Assembly (NCBI GenBank): GCA_020348445.1
Contig: CP070751.1
Coordinates: forward strand, 2,297,406 to 2,361,405
Source: Thermoplasmata archaeon
GTDB taxonomy: Archaea > Thermoplasmatota > Thermoplasmata > GCA-020350865
Direction of reading: 5' to 3'
DNA: 64,000 nucleotides
Shown here piece by piece: positions 49,896-58,782 of this stretch. Position numbers and translations under genes: made by a program. The first letter of the stretch is position 1. The number at the start of each line of letters is the position of its first letter. The notes under the pieces were generated by a model that worked only from the letters and a program-made list of their open reading frames with translations, had not been told where the DNA came from and did not search any database.

Positions 49896-50129
49896 TCATT
49901 TTAAATATTCAATAAACTCTTTTACAGACAAACCGGCATCCTTGATTATCTTACGCAACAATCCTGGCTTTATAGATTTATGCAGCGGAACAGTCACCGG
50001 TTTGTGAGAGGGATTATCAGGATCTTTAAGGCGTAAATGGCTGCCTTTTTGTCTAACTACTTTATACCCTAATTTTGTAAGAACCTTTACAACAGCTTCA
50101 CCAGATATTCTTGGTAACCTGTGGCTCAT
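49896..50129 (-). CDS. hicA: HicA family toxin (dsRBD-fold RNase)
   Basis: 'L.KLGY.VVRQKGSH..L......VTVP.H..IKPGLL..I..DAGL'. Confidence 0.93.
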   Translation of the reverse strand: MSHRLPRISGEAVVKVLTKLGYKVVRQKGSHLRLKDPDNPSHKPVTVPLHKSIKPGLLRKIIKDAGLSVKEFIEYLK

Positions 50130-50353
50130 ACGGCCACCGTAACCGTAGCTACCAGGGATTTTGACGGATCAGGGATTTTCTCTCCTTCGGCCTCCGCTTC
50201 TTCTATACAAAGGAGTATAGCCTCCTTTATATTTTCTAAGGCCTCTTCGATTGTTTCTCCCTGGCTATAGCAACCTTGAAACGAAGGGCATACCACAACA
50301 TAACCCCCGTCCTCGTCAGGTTCCAAAATAACCTTGTAGCCGTAAGTCTTCAT
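50126..50353 (-). CDS. hicB: HicB family antitoxin (short form without DNA-binding domain)
   Basis: 'YVV.CP...GC.SQGET.EEAL.NI.EAI.L'; stop overlaps hicA start. Confidence 0.93.
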   Translation of the reverse strand: MKTYGYKVILEPDEDGGYVVVCPSFQGCYSQGETIEEALENIKEAILLCIEEAEAEGEKIPDPSKSLVATVTVAV

Positions 50354-50612
50354 TTATCCACCATTTAAGCTTATTTTCTTCTTTCTTTATAAAACTACCG
50401 TTGTTATTGGACCAAGATCATAATTTATCATTTAAAAGTTGAAGGGTGAGAAGCGTGACCGCCACGTCCCCTTCGTGTGTTGGTTATACCAACGCATTGG
50501 TAATATACATTAACTAAAATATATAACTTCGGATAAATTTTATGTTTTCGATACATTAGAAATGAGGGCTAAAATACGTGCTAGAATTCAAATTCCGGTA
50601 AATTGCTTGATC

Positions 50613-50700
50613 GGGGCGCGCAAAAAGGGGCGTGTCGGTGGATTGAGAGATTAGGGAAAACGGTGGAGGGGGGGTTGCGGGAGTGGTTGGACTTTTGGGT
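50613..50700 (+). repeat. Intergenic repeat A copy (AAG loop type)
   Basis: GGGGCGCGCAAAAAGGGGCGTGTCGGTGGATTGAGAGATTAGGGAAAACGGTGGAGG. Confidence 0.92.
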
Positions 50701-50799
50701 ACGAGAAAGGGGGGGGTGAGGTGGTATTCTTTGTAAAGTAAAGATATATTGTTAAAAAAATCGAAAATCTTAAATCTGGCTACTGGAATTGCTACCTAT

Positions 50800-52833
50800 A
50801 TGAAAAGGAAGGTAGTTGTGGTTTGGATTAGTCTGGTGATGATATTTGGATTTGTTGTGATCGTGGTTGAGATTGCTCCAAATGTGAGGGCTGCCACCAC
50901 TCGTTATGTCGGGGGCAGCGGTGCTGGAAATCATTCTAAAATTCAATCCGGAATAAACGTAGCCAATCCCGGAGATACAGTTTATGTCTATAACGGTACT
51001 TATTATGAACATCCCGTGATCGAAAAATCGATTTATTTAATTGGCGAAGACAGAAATACCACAATAATCGAAGGGAGCGGAGTTGGCGATGTAGTATATG
51101 TTTATGCTGATGGGGTTACAGTGAGTGGATTTTTAATAAATAATAGTGGAAATTCAGGGCATCCAGTTTACGATTCAGGAATTAAATATAGAAATTCCCA
51201 AAACGGTTTTATCACAGGTAACATTGTTTCAAACTGTGCTTATGGCATTTTTCTCGAAGATTCAAACGGGATTCATATCTCCAAAAACGAAGCCATATAC
51301 AATGATTATGGAATATATTTTTATTGGGCCAACGATAACAGCATTATAAACAATGATGCTTTATTTAGCGTATCCCGCGGTATTGATATTGTAACATCCC
51401 ATTACAACGAAATCATAAACAACAATGCATCCTCAAATGGGGATATTGGTATCTCATTGTACAATTCAAATCACGTTAAAATTATGAATAACACCGCCTA
51501 TATGAACGATGACCATGGCATCCGGATACTCTATTCCGGCTGGGACAATATAATCAATAATACCATGGTAAATTGCGGGATATTTATCGCTGGGACTATT
51601 CTTGATGATTGGAATACCCATAATATTGATACTTCAAACACTGTAAATGGAAAACCAGTTTACTATTGGAAGAACCTGACAAGCGGGAAGATCCCGGCTT
51701 CTGCAGGTGAAGTAATTCTAGCCAACTGCAGCAATGTCATAATCGAGAACCAAGAACTCACTAATAGTTCAATTGGTATTAACTTGGGATTTTCCTCTAA
51801 CAACACTATCACCGAAAACAATGTCTCTTCACATAGCAGATATGGCATATACTTAAAAAATTCCAATGATAATGACATTAAAGGAAATAATGTCTTTAAC
51901 TATAACATGGATTCTATATATTTATACGATTCAAATAGGAACGATATCCTATGCAACGAAGTTTCTTATAACATCGAGGGTATCAGATGTTCCCTTTCTA
52001 ATGAAAATAACATAATTAATAACATAATTTCGAACAATGAAGAGGGCATTGTTTTAAGCTCATCAATTGATAACAATATCTATTACAACAGCTTCTTAAT
52101 CAATACGATTCAAGCTATTGATAATAATGGAAACGAGAACAAATGGGACAATGGCTATCCATTTGGTGGAAATTATTGGTCAAACTACAGTGGTGTAGAT
52201 AACTTCAATGGCCCAGATCAGGACATCCCTGGAAGTGATGGTATCGGGGATACCAATTATTCAATAGATTCGGATTCGGTTGATTTCTATCCCCTCATGG
52301 CTCCATACAAATCCCTTGGGAATTACACAACTCTAAAACAAGGCTGGAATCTGATTTCCATCCCAATAATCCAAGAGGAGCAGAACCTGATAAGGGTTCT
52401 CGGTTCTATTGATGGTTGGTATGATGCAGTTCAATTGTATGACATCACAGACACAAAAGATCTTTGGAAACATCGCAAAGTGGGCAAACCTTACGGAAAC
52501 GATCTATTGGAGTTAAACGAAACCATGGGTTTTTGGATTCATATTACATCCCCTGGAGACACGATTTTCTTCTATAACGGCACTAGGCCAACCAAGAACC
52601 AAACTATTACTCTCCACTCAGGGTGGAACATGGTAGGTTATCCCTCCCTTTCATACCACAATCGAACAGTTGGATTGAACAACCTCACATTCGGAGATCA
52701 TGTGGATGCAATCTGGTCATATGATTCTGCAACGCAAAGGTGGGAAAAGATGGGTGAATCAGATTATTTCAAAACAGGCAGGGGATATTATATTCACGCC
52801 AAGACCAAATGTGAGTGGGAAGTTCCATTGTGA
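50800..52833 (+). CDS. Secreted NosD/parallel beta-helix protein with C-terminal GWNLISIP module
   Basis: Start likely ATG 50800 (MKRKVVVV); 'IQ.GIN.A..GDTVYV..G.Y.E', 'N.VNGKPVYYWK', 'GGNYWS.Y.G.D'. Confidence 0.9.
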   Translation: MKRKVVVVWISLVMIFGFVVIVVEIAPNVRAATTRYVGGSGAGNHSKIQSGINVANPGDTVYVYNGTYYEHPVIEKSIYLIGEDRNTTIIEGSGVGDVVYVYADGVTVSGFLINNSGNSGHPVYDSGIKYRNSQNGFITGNIVSNCAYGIFLEDSNGIHISKNEAIYNDYGIYFYWANDNSIINNDALFSVSRGIDIVTSHYNEIINNNASSNGDIGISLYNSNHVKIMNNTAYMNDDHGIRILYSGWDNIINNTMVNCGIFIAGTILDDWNTHNIDTSNTVNGKPVYYWKNLTSGKIPASAGEVILANCSNVIIENQELTNSSIGINLGFSSNNTITENNVSSHSRYGIYLKNSNDNDIKGNNVFNYNMDSIYLYDSNRNDILCNEVSYNIEGIRCSLSNENNIINNIISNNEEGIVLSSSIDNNIYYNSFLINTIQAIDNNGNENKWDNGYPFGGNYWSNYSGVDNFNGPDQDIPGSDGIGDTNYSIDSDSVDFYPLMAPYKSLGNYTTLKQGWNLISIPIIQEEQNLIRVLGSIDGWYDAVQLYDITDTKDLWKHRKVGKPYGNDLLELNETMGFWIHITSPGDTIFFYNGTRPTKNQTITLHSGWNMVGYPSLSYHNRTVGLNNLTFGDHVDAIWSYDSATQRWEKMGESDYFKTGRGYYIHAKTKCEWEVPL

Positions 52834-52892
52834 TCCTATCGTTGTAAGCAAACACTCATAGATGGCATTCCGCGGGTAATGTAGTGGTTTCT

Positions 52893-52964
52893 GTGCACAG
52901 CAAAAGGAGTGGAGAGGAGGCGAGATAGTTAGGATTTGTATTTAAAGGAGGAAGCAAGGATTGG
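52893..52964 (+). repeat. Highly degenerate repeat A-family copy
   Basis: GCACAGCAAAAGGAGTGG...; 52932-64 GGATTTGTATTTAAAGGAGGAAGCAAGGATTGG matches 54344-76 GGATTTGGATTTGAAGGAAGAGGCTAGGATCGG, which follows a clear copy. Confidence 0.4.
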
Positions 52965-53012
52965 CCTTCGGCACAATTAGTGCATAGAACCATTTGACTT
53001 AAAAGGTTTCAG

Positions 53013-54071
53013 TTATCTTCTGTATATCAAATCCCTTTCTCCAAGGAAATCATCTAGCTCGGATTGAATTTCTCTAGCATGATTATAATGTTCAGAAGTA
53101 TACCCTATTGATACAAAAGCATATGTACCAATCCCCTCATCGTAAGGGTAGCGAGTTGAAATGTAATTTCCGTTTTTGAATATGTAATTGTTCACTGGTA
53201 TTGTAAACCACCCTTTTTTATCCCAGTTGTCCACCTTTTTCTGATATTCCTCTCCATGCTGTTTTAGAAACTCCTCAATGGTATCTATTGTGGTCTGATG
53301 GCCAACAGATTTCCATAAAACCCTTGATTCTGTGATTTTATCTTTTTTAAGACCACCTTTTAGATAATATGCCCCACCTAATAAAAGAAATCCTACCAAT
53401 AACAAGCCAAATACTATTGCTATAATGACAATGTTAAAAAATAACCATATTGAAAACACGAAAAAAAGTACAAAGATTACAATCGCACTATATCCCCCGT
53501 AAATCATTTGCCTCACGGTATTGTTTACCGCCATTTCCTTTTCTTCTCTTGATAATATAGGTGGATTCCAATCACCAACTAATCCTATGTAGTATGTCTC
53601 AGGAAATGTACTTGGCCAAAAGGATTTTTCGACACTGGTTAAAGTCGTTGAAGTCAGACCATATCCTGGCCTGTCCTCGGCCGGAATTATGCCTGAAGGC
53701 AGTTTTGATAGATATTCCACATGTTTTTCTCGCCTTTTTTCTCTGGCAAAATACGTAAAAGAGGCCACGATAAAACTTAATATCATCGTACCGAACATTG
53801 TTAAAATTGTAAATCCATAATCTCCCAATAAAGGAATAATGATAACAAATGGGATAAACAGGATTCCCATTAATAATGAAGTATAAATCAATGCGTCATA
53901 GGTGTTTTTTATGGTTGTGTCACAAACAGGGCATGTGCCCATTCTTGTAATGCACTCTAAGCATATATATTTCTCACAATTTGGACAATAGCGATTGACC
54001 CTCAACCATTCACTTTTATTGAAAGACTTGCCACATTCACCACATCTTCTATAATCAACTTTTTTCTCCAT
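53013..54071 (-). CDS. Membrane protein with N-terminal Cys-rich zinc-binding domain
   Basis: CGEC...CPNC...CLEC...CPVC followed by about four TM segments. Confidence 0.8.
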   Translation of the reverse strand: MEKKVDYRRCGECGKSFNKSEWLRVNRYCPNCEKYICLECITRMGTCPVCDTTIKNTYDALIYTSLLMGILFIPFVIIIPLLGDYGFTILTMFGTMILSFIVASFTYFAREKRREKHVEYLSKLPSGIIPAEDRPGYGLTSTTLTSVEKSFWPSTFPETYYIGLVGDWNPPILSREEKEMAVNNTVRQMIYGGYSAIVIFVLFFVFSIWLFFNIVIIAIVFGLLLVGFLLLGGAYYLKGGLKKDKITESRVLWKSVGHQTTIDTIEEFLKQHGEEYQKKVDNWDKKGWFTIPVNNYIFKNGNYISTRYPYDEGIGTYAFVSIGYTSEHYNHAREIQSELDDFLGERDLIYRR

Positions 54072-54248
54072 AGTTCATTCCCAATCCTCGTTAGTTAATC
54101 GAAATTGTCATCCATTTATATTGATGCTATACCTGGTCTCAAATCTCATTATTATAAATAAGACCATTGGAGTTTATTCAAATACAGAATTAAATATCTT
54201 TTGGAGGATTGTTCAGGGAGTTCAGTTCCAATCCAATTTTCGAGTCTA

Positions 54249-54320
54249 GGGGGCGCGCAAATTCGGGCGTGTCGGTGGAGGAATAGACAGCCAGGGGAAA
54301 CCATGGAGGTTGGTTACGAG
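54249..54320 (+). repeat. Intergenic repeat A copy (TTC loop type)
   Basis: GGGGGCGCGCAAATTCGGGCGTGTCGGTGGAGGAATAGACAGCCAGGGGAAACCATGGAGGTTGGTTACGAG. Confidence 0.92.
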
Positions 54321-54432
54321 GAGGAGTAGGCTGAGCCAATATGGGATTTGGATTTGAAGGAAGAGGCTAGGATCGGAGTGAAATAAAAAAAAATCGAAAA
54401 TGTTATATCTGGCCATAATAATAACTTACTTT

Positions 54433-56679
54433 ATGAATAGGAAGATAGCCGTGGTTTGGCTCTGTACAATTATAACGTTTAGCGCTGTTGTAATCTTAGT
54501 TGAGATAGCACCAATTGTTGAGGCTCCCACAATAATCTACGTCGACGATGAGCCTGGAGAAGGACCTGGCAATCCAAAAGAGAACTACACGAGCATTCAG
54601 GATGCAATAAATGCCAGTAGTGATGGAGATACCGTGTTTGTTTATAACGGAACATATTATGAGAATGTGGTCGTGAATAAAACAATAAATCTGACTGGTG
54701 AGGATAGAAATAAAACGATTATCGATGGTGGAGCAAAAGATAGTACCGTTGTAATAACGGTTACTTGGGTAAACTTGACAGGTTTTATGATTACTGGAAG
54801 TGGTATTTCTTGGGGAATTGCTGGAATCGGGTTAAGCAATGTTCAGAATGTCAGAATCTTTGAAAACAATATCTCCTATAATAATTATCATGGCATATTC
54901 ATTTACCAATCTCAACATAGCAATATTACAAATAATATTATCCTCTCGAATGAAGGCTATGGGATTTCTATGGAGTCATCCTCAAACATCAAAATCACAA
55001 ATAACTATTTTATCCAGGATGGGATTGAAATATTTGGATATGAATTATCACATTATAATTCTCATGATATACCCATAGACAATATGGTAAATGGAATTCC
55101 TTTGCATTATTATAAGAATTGTAAGGATATTGATATCGATGGAATTATAACCGGGCAACTAATTCTTGCTAATTGTTCAAATGTCCAATTAAGGAATTCA
55201 AAAATTAACAACACAGATATAGGAATAGGGATATTATATTCTACGAATGTTACATTAATAAATAACAATCTTGATTCGAACCATGAATTTGGTATCTTTC
55301 TTAGCAGGTCATCAAATAGTTTGGTTATGTGCAACAATGTATCGAACAATGGGGAAAGTGGTATCGGACTGGGGCATTCTTCATATAATAACATAACGGG
55401 CAATTATGTGTTTGACAATAATGATGGTATCACATTGGGGGGAGGATCAAACAATTACATAATAGACAATAATATTACGAGAAGTGGAAATGGTATACGA
55501 CTAGGTTCATCATCAAATAACAATATAATAAAAGGTAATAACTTATCGGAAACGGGAATATATTTCATAGGAGTATCAAACAATTACGTGATAAAGAATC
55601 GCATCAGGTCTGGAGGTTACGGCCTCAGTCTATATGTCTCTCCAGACAATAAAATAATTGGAAACGATGTTTCATTTTGTGGATCTGATGGTCTTCGACT
55701 TGGCTTGGATTCGATGGGTAACATAATATTAAACAACAATATTTGTTCCAATGGCAACGATGGCATCTATGTAATTGAACCCAACAACCACATTGAAAAC
55801 AACAATATTAGTTCGAACATAAGGTACGGAATTTTTATTGAGTCTACGTCAAATAACTACATTACAGGTAATACAATTACAAACAATAATTATGGTTTAC
55901 GGATCCAAAAATCGTCAAATAATCATATTTATCATAATAACATCATCGACAACACAAACCAGGCATACGATATGGGTACGAACTTTTGGAACGACACTTA
56001 TCCCTCAGGCGGCAATTACTGGTCCGATTACACGGGCATAGATCTCAATTCCACAGCTGCTCAAAATGTTCCTCCACCTGATGGTATTGGAGACACTCCC
56101 TATACAGATATTCTTGGTGGATCAGGAGCTCAAGACTACTATCCATTGATGCATCCCTATATCAATGGTACAATTCTTTTTTATGGGTGGAATCTCATCT
56201 CTATCCCCTTGATTCAATCTAATACGAATTTGGGTATGGTTTTAAATTCTATCGAAGGTTCATATGATGCCGTGCAGTGGTATAACGTGAGCGATAATTT
56301 TGATCCATGGAAACATAATAGTACTAAAAAGCCATTTCATTTGAACGATTTGGAAAATATCTACCACACCAATGGGTTTTGGATTCATATAACGGAGCCT
56401 GATGGAATTTTCTTTGAATTTGATGGATCTCGCCCTATCAGAAACCAGACAATCGCTCTACATCCTGGTTGGAACATAGCGGGCTACCCTTCCCTCTCGA
56501 GTTACAACAGAACATATGGTTTGAACAACCTCACATTCGGGGATCATGTGGATGCAATCTGGACCTATGATTCTGGAACGCAAAAATGGGAAAAGATGGG
56601 TGAATCAGATTATTTTAAGATAGGCAGGGGATATTACATTCATGCCAAGACCAAATGTGAGTGGGAAGTTCCATTGTGA
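54433..56679 (+). CDS. Secreted NosD/parallel beta-helix protein with C-terminal GWNLISIP module
   Basis: Start likely ATG 54433 (MNRKIAVV); same architecture and promoter-like upstream DNA as 50800-52833. Confidence 0.9.
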   Translation: MNRKIAVVWLCTIITFSAVVILVEIAPIVEAPTIIYVDDEPGEGPGNPKENYTSIQDAINASSDGDTVFVYNGTYYENVVVNKTINLTGEDRNKTIIDGGAKDSTVVITVTWVNLTGFMITGSGISWGIAGIGLSNVQNVRIFENNISYNNYHGIFIYQSQHSNITNNIILSNEGYGISMESSSNIKITNNYFIQDGIEIFGYELSHYNSHDIPIDNMVNGIPLHYYKNCKDIDIDGIITGQLILANCSNVQLRNSKINNTDIGIGILYSTNVTLINNNLDSNHEFGIFLSRSSNSLVMCNNVSNNGESGIGLGHSSYNNITGNYVFDNNDGITLGGGSNNYIIDNNITRSGNGIRLGSSSNNNIIKGNNLSETGIYFIGVSNNYVIKNRIRSGGYGLSLYVSPDNKIIGNDVSFCGSDGLRLGLDSMGNIILNNNICSNGNDGIYVIEPNNHIENNNISSNIRYGIFIESTSNNYITGNTITNNNYGLRIQKSSNNHIYHNNIIDNTNQAYDMGTNFWNDTYPSGGNYWSDYTGIDLNSTAAQNVPPPDGIGDTPYTDILGGSGAQDYYPLMHPYINGTILFYGWNLISIPLIQSNTNLGMVLNSIEGSYDAVQWYNVSDNFDPWKHNSTKKPFHLNDLENIYHTNGFWIHITEPDGIFFEFDGSRPIRNQTIALHPGWNIAGYPSLSSYNRTYGLNNLTFGDHVDAIWTYDSGTQKWEKMGESDYFKIGRGYYIHAKTKCEWEVPL

Positions 56680-56728
56680 GATCTTTTTATATAAAATAGT
56701 GTCCAATTTCCAGCACACTACTCTGGCC

Positions 56729-56940
56729 GGGCCGCGCAAAAAGGGGCGTGTCGGTGGTTGGATATAAACTAGGGGAAACGGTGGAAGTGGGTTACGGGAG
56801 TGGTTGGATTTTTGGATAGTTGATCAGGCGTAGCGCTCGTATTTCGTATAGAGCCAGTGGGTAGAACTGACGATATTTTTTAGGAGTTTATACGATCCGT
56901 GAGAGGTAGAGGTGGTTTTCGGGGCCCAGGAAAAGGGGAT
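56729..56940 (+). repeat. Repeat A copy followed by one repeat B unit (56831) and module D
   Basis: GGGCCGCGCAAAAAGGGGCGTGTCGGTGG...AGGGGAAACGGTGGAAGTGGGTTACGG...TAGCGCTCGTATTTCGTATAGAGCCAGTGGG...TTTATACGATCCGTGAG. Confidence 0.9.
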
Positions 56941-57030
56941 GAGGGAACTTATGGAGCCCGGGATTGAGTAGAAAATGAAGAGGATGGGGATTGAAAAAAT
57001 ATATTATTATTATATTCAATATGGAAAATT

Positions 57031-57426
57031 GTGAGCCCAAAGGAAAAATCATATAAAAGCTACGAACTTTACTGTAGTTTTGCACTGAATCGACTAGTTG
57101 TCGAGCTCAACATCAATGTGTATCAAAATTGGGAGGAAGATAAGATCAATGACATATTGGCCCAACAAAAGGGAGTGAGCAAAGGTGATATAAAATATGA
57201 AATTAAATCCAACAATTACATGACTAATAAGGTTCTTTCGAAGTTGGAAAAGGAGGGCTTAATCGAGAGCGTGCGCCTGGAAGACAGATATAATATCAAA
57301 ATAACAAAAAAAGGCGTGTTGCATGTCAAGAAGTTCAATGAATTCTACTGGGAGATGTTCAGTGAACATATAATCCAGCATTATAAGTACAGGCAGTTAC
57401 CCATATGGTTCGAGAAATTAAAATGA
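57031..57426 (+). CDS. Hypothetical protein with probable C-terminal winged helix
   Basis: 'NKVLSKLEKEGLIE......Y.IKITKKG' wing motif; start uncertain. Confidence 0.7.
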   Translation: MSPKEKSYKSYELYCSFALNRLVVELNINVYQNWEEDKINDILAQQKGVSKGDIKYEIKSNNYMTNKVLSKLEKEGLIESVRLEDRYNIKITKKGVLHVKKFNEFYWEMFSEHIIQHYKYRQLPIWFEKLK

Positions 57427-58545
57427 GACTGTTGGTATGAAATCGTATTTTCCATCCATTCCCTCTATTACCAATTGAATCGCACAAATCTCCTTCTTCA
57501 GTTTTATGGGGGTATCCACCAAAAAATTATAGGCATCGTCTGGAAGTGGAACTTCATGGTCCTCCTTGAAGATGATAACGGCGCGATCTAGGGATCTTTT
57601 ACCAGCTTTATTTATTACCTGCTCTCTGAATGTTTGGATATCCTCTTTTTGTGGGACTTTCTCTAGGTATTTTACAAATACTTTCCCTTTTATTCCATCA
57701 AATTCAGCGTCGAAGTGGTCGCCTTTTACCCAAAATTCGTTCTTTGCAAATCGCTCGTATCCCTTTTTAGCTGTAAGGAAGTTCTTATACCTATCAACAG
57801 GGGTTTGGCCCTTTGGTATTTCTTCAACTGGCTGGGCCATTGCATGTTCAATGAACTCGTACCTAATTCTAACAAAATCGAATTTCTTGTGGACCAAAAA
57901 TATCAAAATAACAGCCAGAACCGACATTGATAGGTCTATTCCTCCCGGCAAAAGCCAGTCGAGCTTCCAGGATTGAATATCTGGACCGAATCGATAGAAC
58001 TGAATGGAAAGATAGATTATCCCGGCAAATAACCATACAAAAACGAACCCGATGATGAGTTTAAATGTACGGGCAATTTTCTTTGAGAACAAAGAAGTGT
58101 TTATAATGAGTTTCATGAGCCCTTCCATGGGGCTGACCATGATTTTGGATTCTACCTTCACGTTTTGGTAATTTGGTCCACTTACTACTTTTTCTTTGAT
58201 CTTCAACATCAGGTCCTGATGAGAGCTCAGGTCCTTTAAGAACCTGTGGGATTTCATAAACTCTCTTATCGCGGTAATGGTAATGACAAGCATGAAAATA
58301 GAAAAGGCAACAGAAAACATATTCAACCCGAAATTGGTCCCGTACGCCAAATTGAATACGATGGAGCCAATAATAACCATGGAATAGTATGCGAAAAGGA
58401 CCACAAGGACCTTGAGGCTCAATTTCATTGAGCGTGAAAAACTGCCAAAGTATTCCGCCAATTCGAATGATGCCTCATAAGGGTTCTCCACTGCTCTGAT
58501 ATCCCGGTTCTTAAAATATCTGTTCTCTTTCATCTGTTTTGGCAT
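57418..58545 (-). CDS. Membrane protein (about 4 TM) with C-terminal soluble domain
   Basis: 375-aa ORF with two TM pairs; no family recognised. Confidence 0.75.
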   Translation of the reverse strand: MPKQMKENRYFKNRDIRAVENPYEASFELAEYFGSFSRSMKLSLKVLVVLFAYYSMVIIGSIVFNLAYGTNFGLNMFSVAFSIFMLVITITAIREFMKSHRFLKDLSSHQDLMLKIKEKVVSGPNYQNVKVESKIMVSPMEGLMKLIINTSLFSKKIARTFKLIIGFVFVWLFAGIIYLSIQFYRFGPDIQSWKLDWLLPGGIDLSMSVLAVILIFLVHKKFDFVRIRYEFIEHAMAQPVEEIPKGQTPVDRYKNFLTAKKGYERFAKNEFWVKGDHFDAEFDGIKGKVFVKYLEKVPQKEDIQTFREQVINKAGKRSLDRAVIIFKEDHEVPLPDDAYNFLVDTPIKLKKEICAIQLVIEGMDGKYDFIPTVSF

Positions 58546-58650
58546 TTAGGACTTCTAGTATTTAAACTAGGGGGGAACATTTTGGAGGCCAAATCCTTCG
58601 CGGGTATATATACCAGGTGTTTGACATTTCTTTTTTTAGAGGTGATTAAA

Positions 58651-58782
58651 ATGATAGGTAAAGAAGTAGAAGAATACAGAAATTTGGAGAAAATCTTGGA
58701 GGCCAAGATTGTTCACAACCACCTGAACGGGTGGAAACCGCTCATTTGCGACATAAACGATCTATCGAGGTGTTTCAAATGA
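58651..58782 (+). CDS. Putative 43-aa protein coupled to the downstream ABC operon
   Basis: SD GAGGTGA then ATG 58651; TGA overlaps the next ATG (ATGA 58779-82). Confidence 0.4.
   Translation: MIGKEVEEYRNLEKILEAKIVHNHLNGWKPLICDINDLSRCFK

Noticed and set aside
42868-56823. Repeat A as classical integron attC
   Set aside because: No RYYYAAC/GTTRRRY boxes, most copies lack a complementary left arm, and no intI is in the window. Kept only as an analogy.
16330-56823. Repeat A as MITE or IS ends
   Set aside because: No consistent terminal inverted repeats or target-site duplications were visible and no transposase is present; not fully excluded without a genome-wide search.
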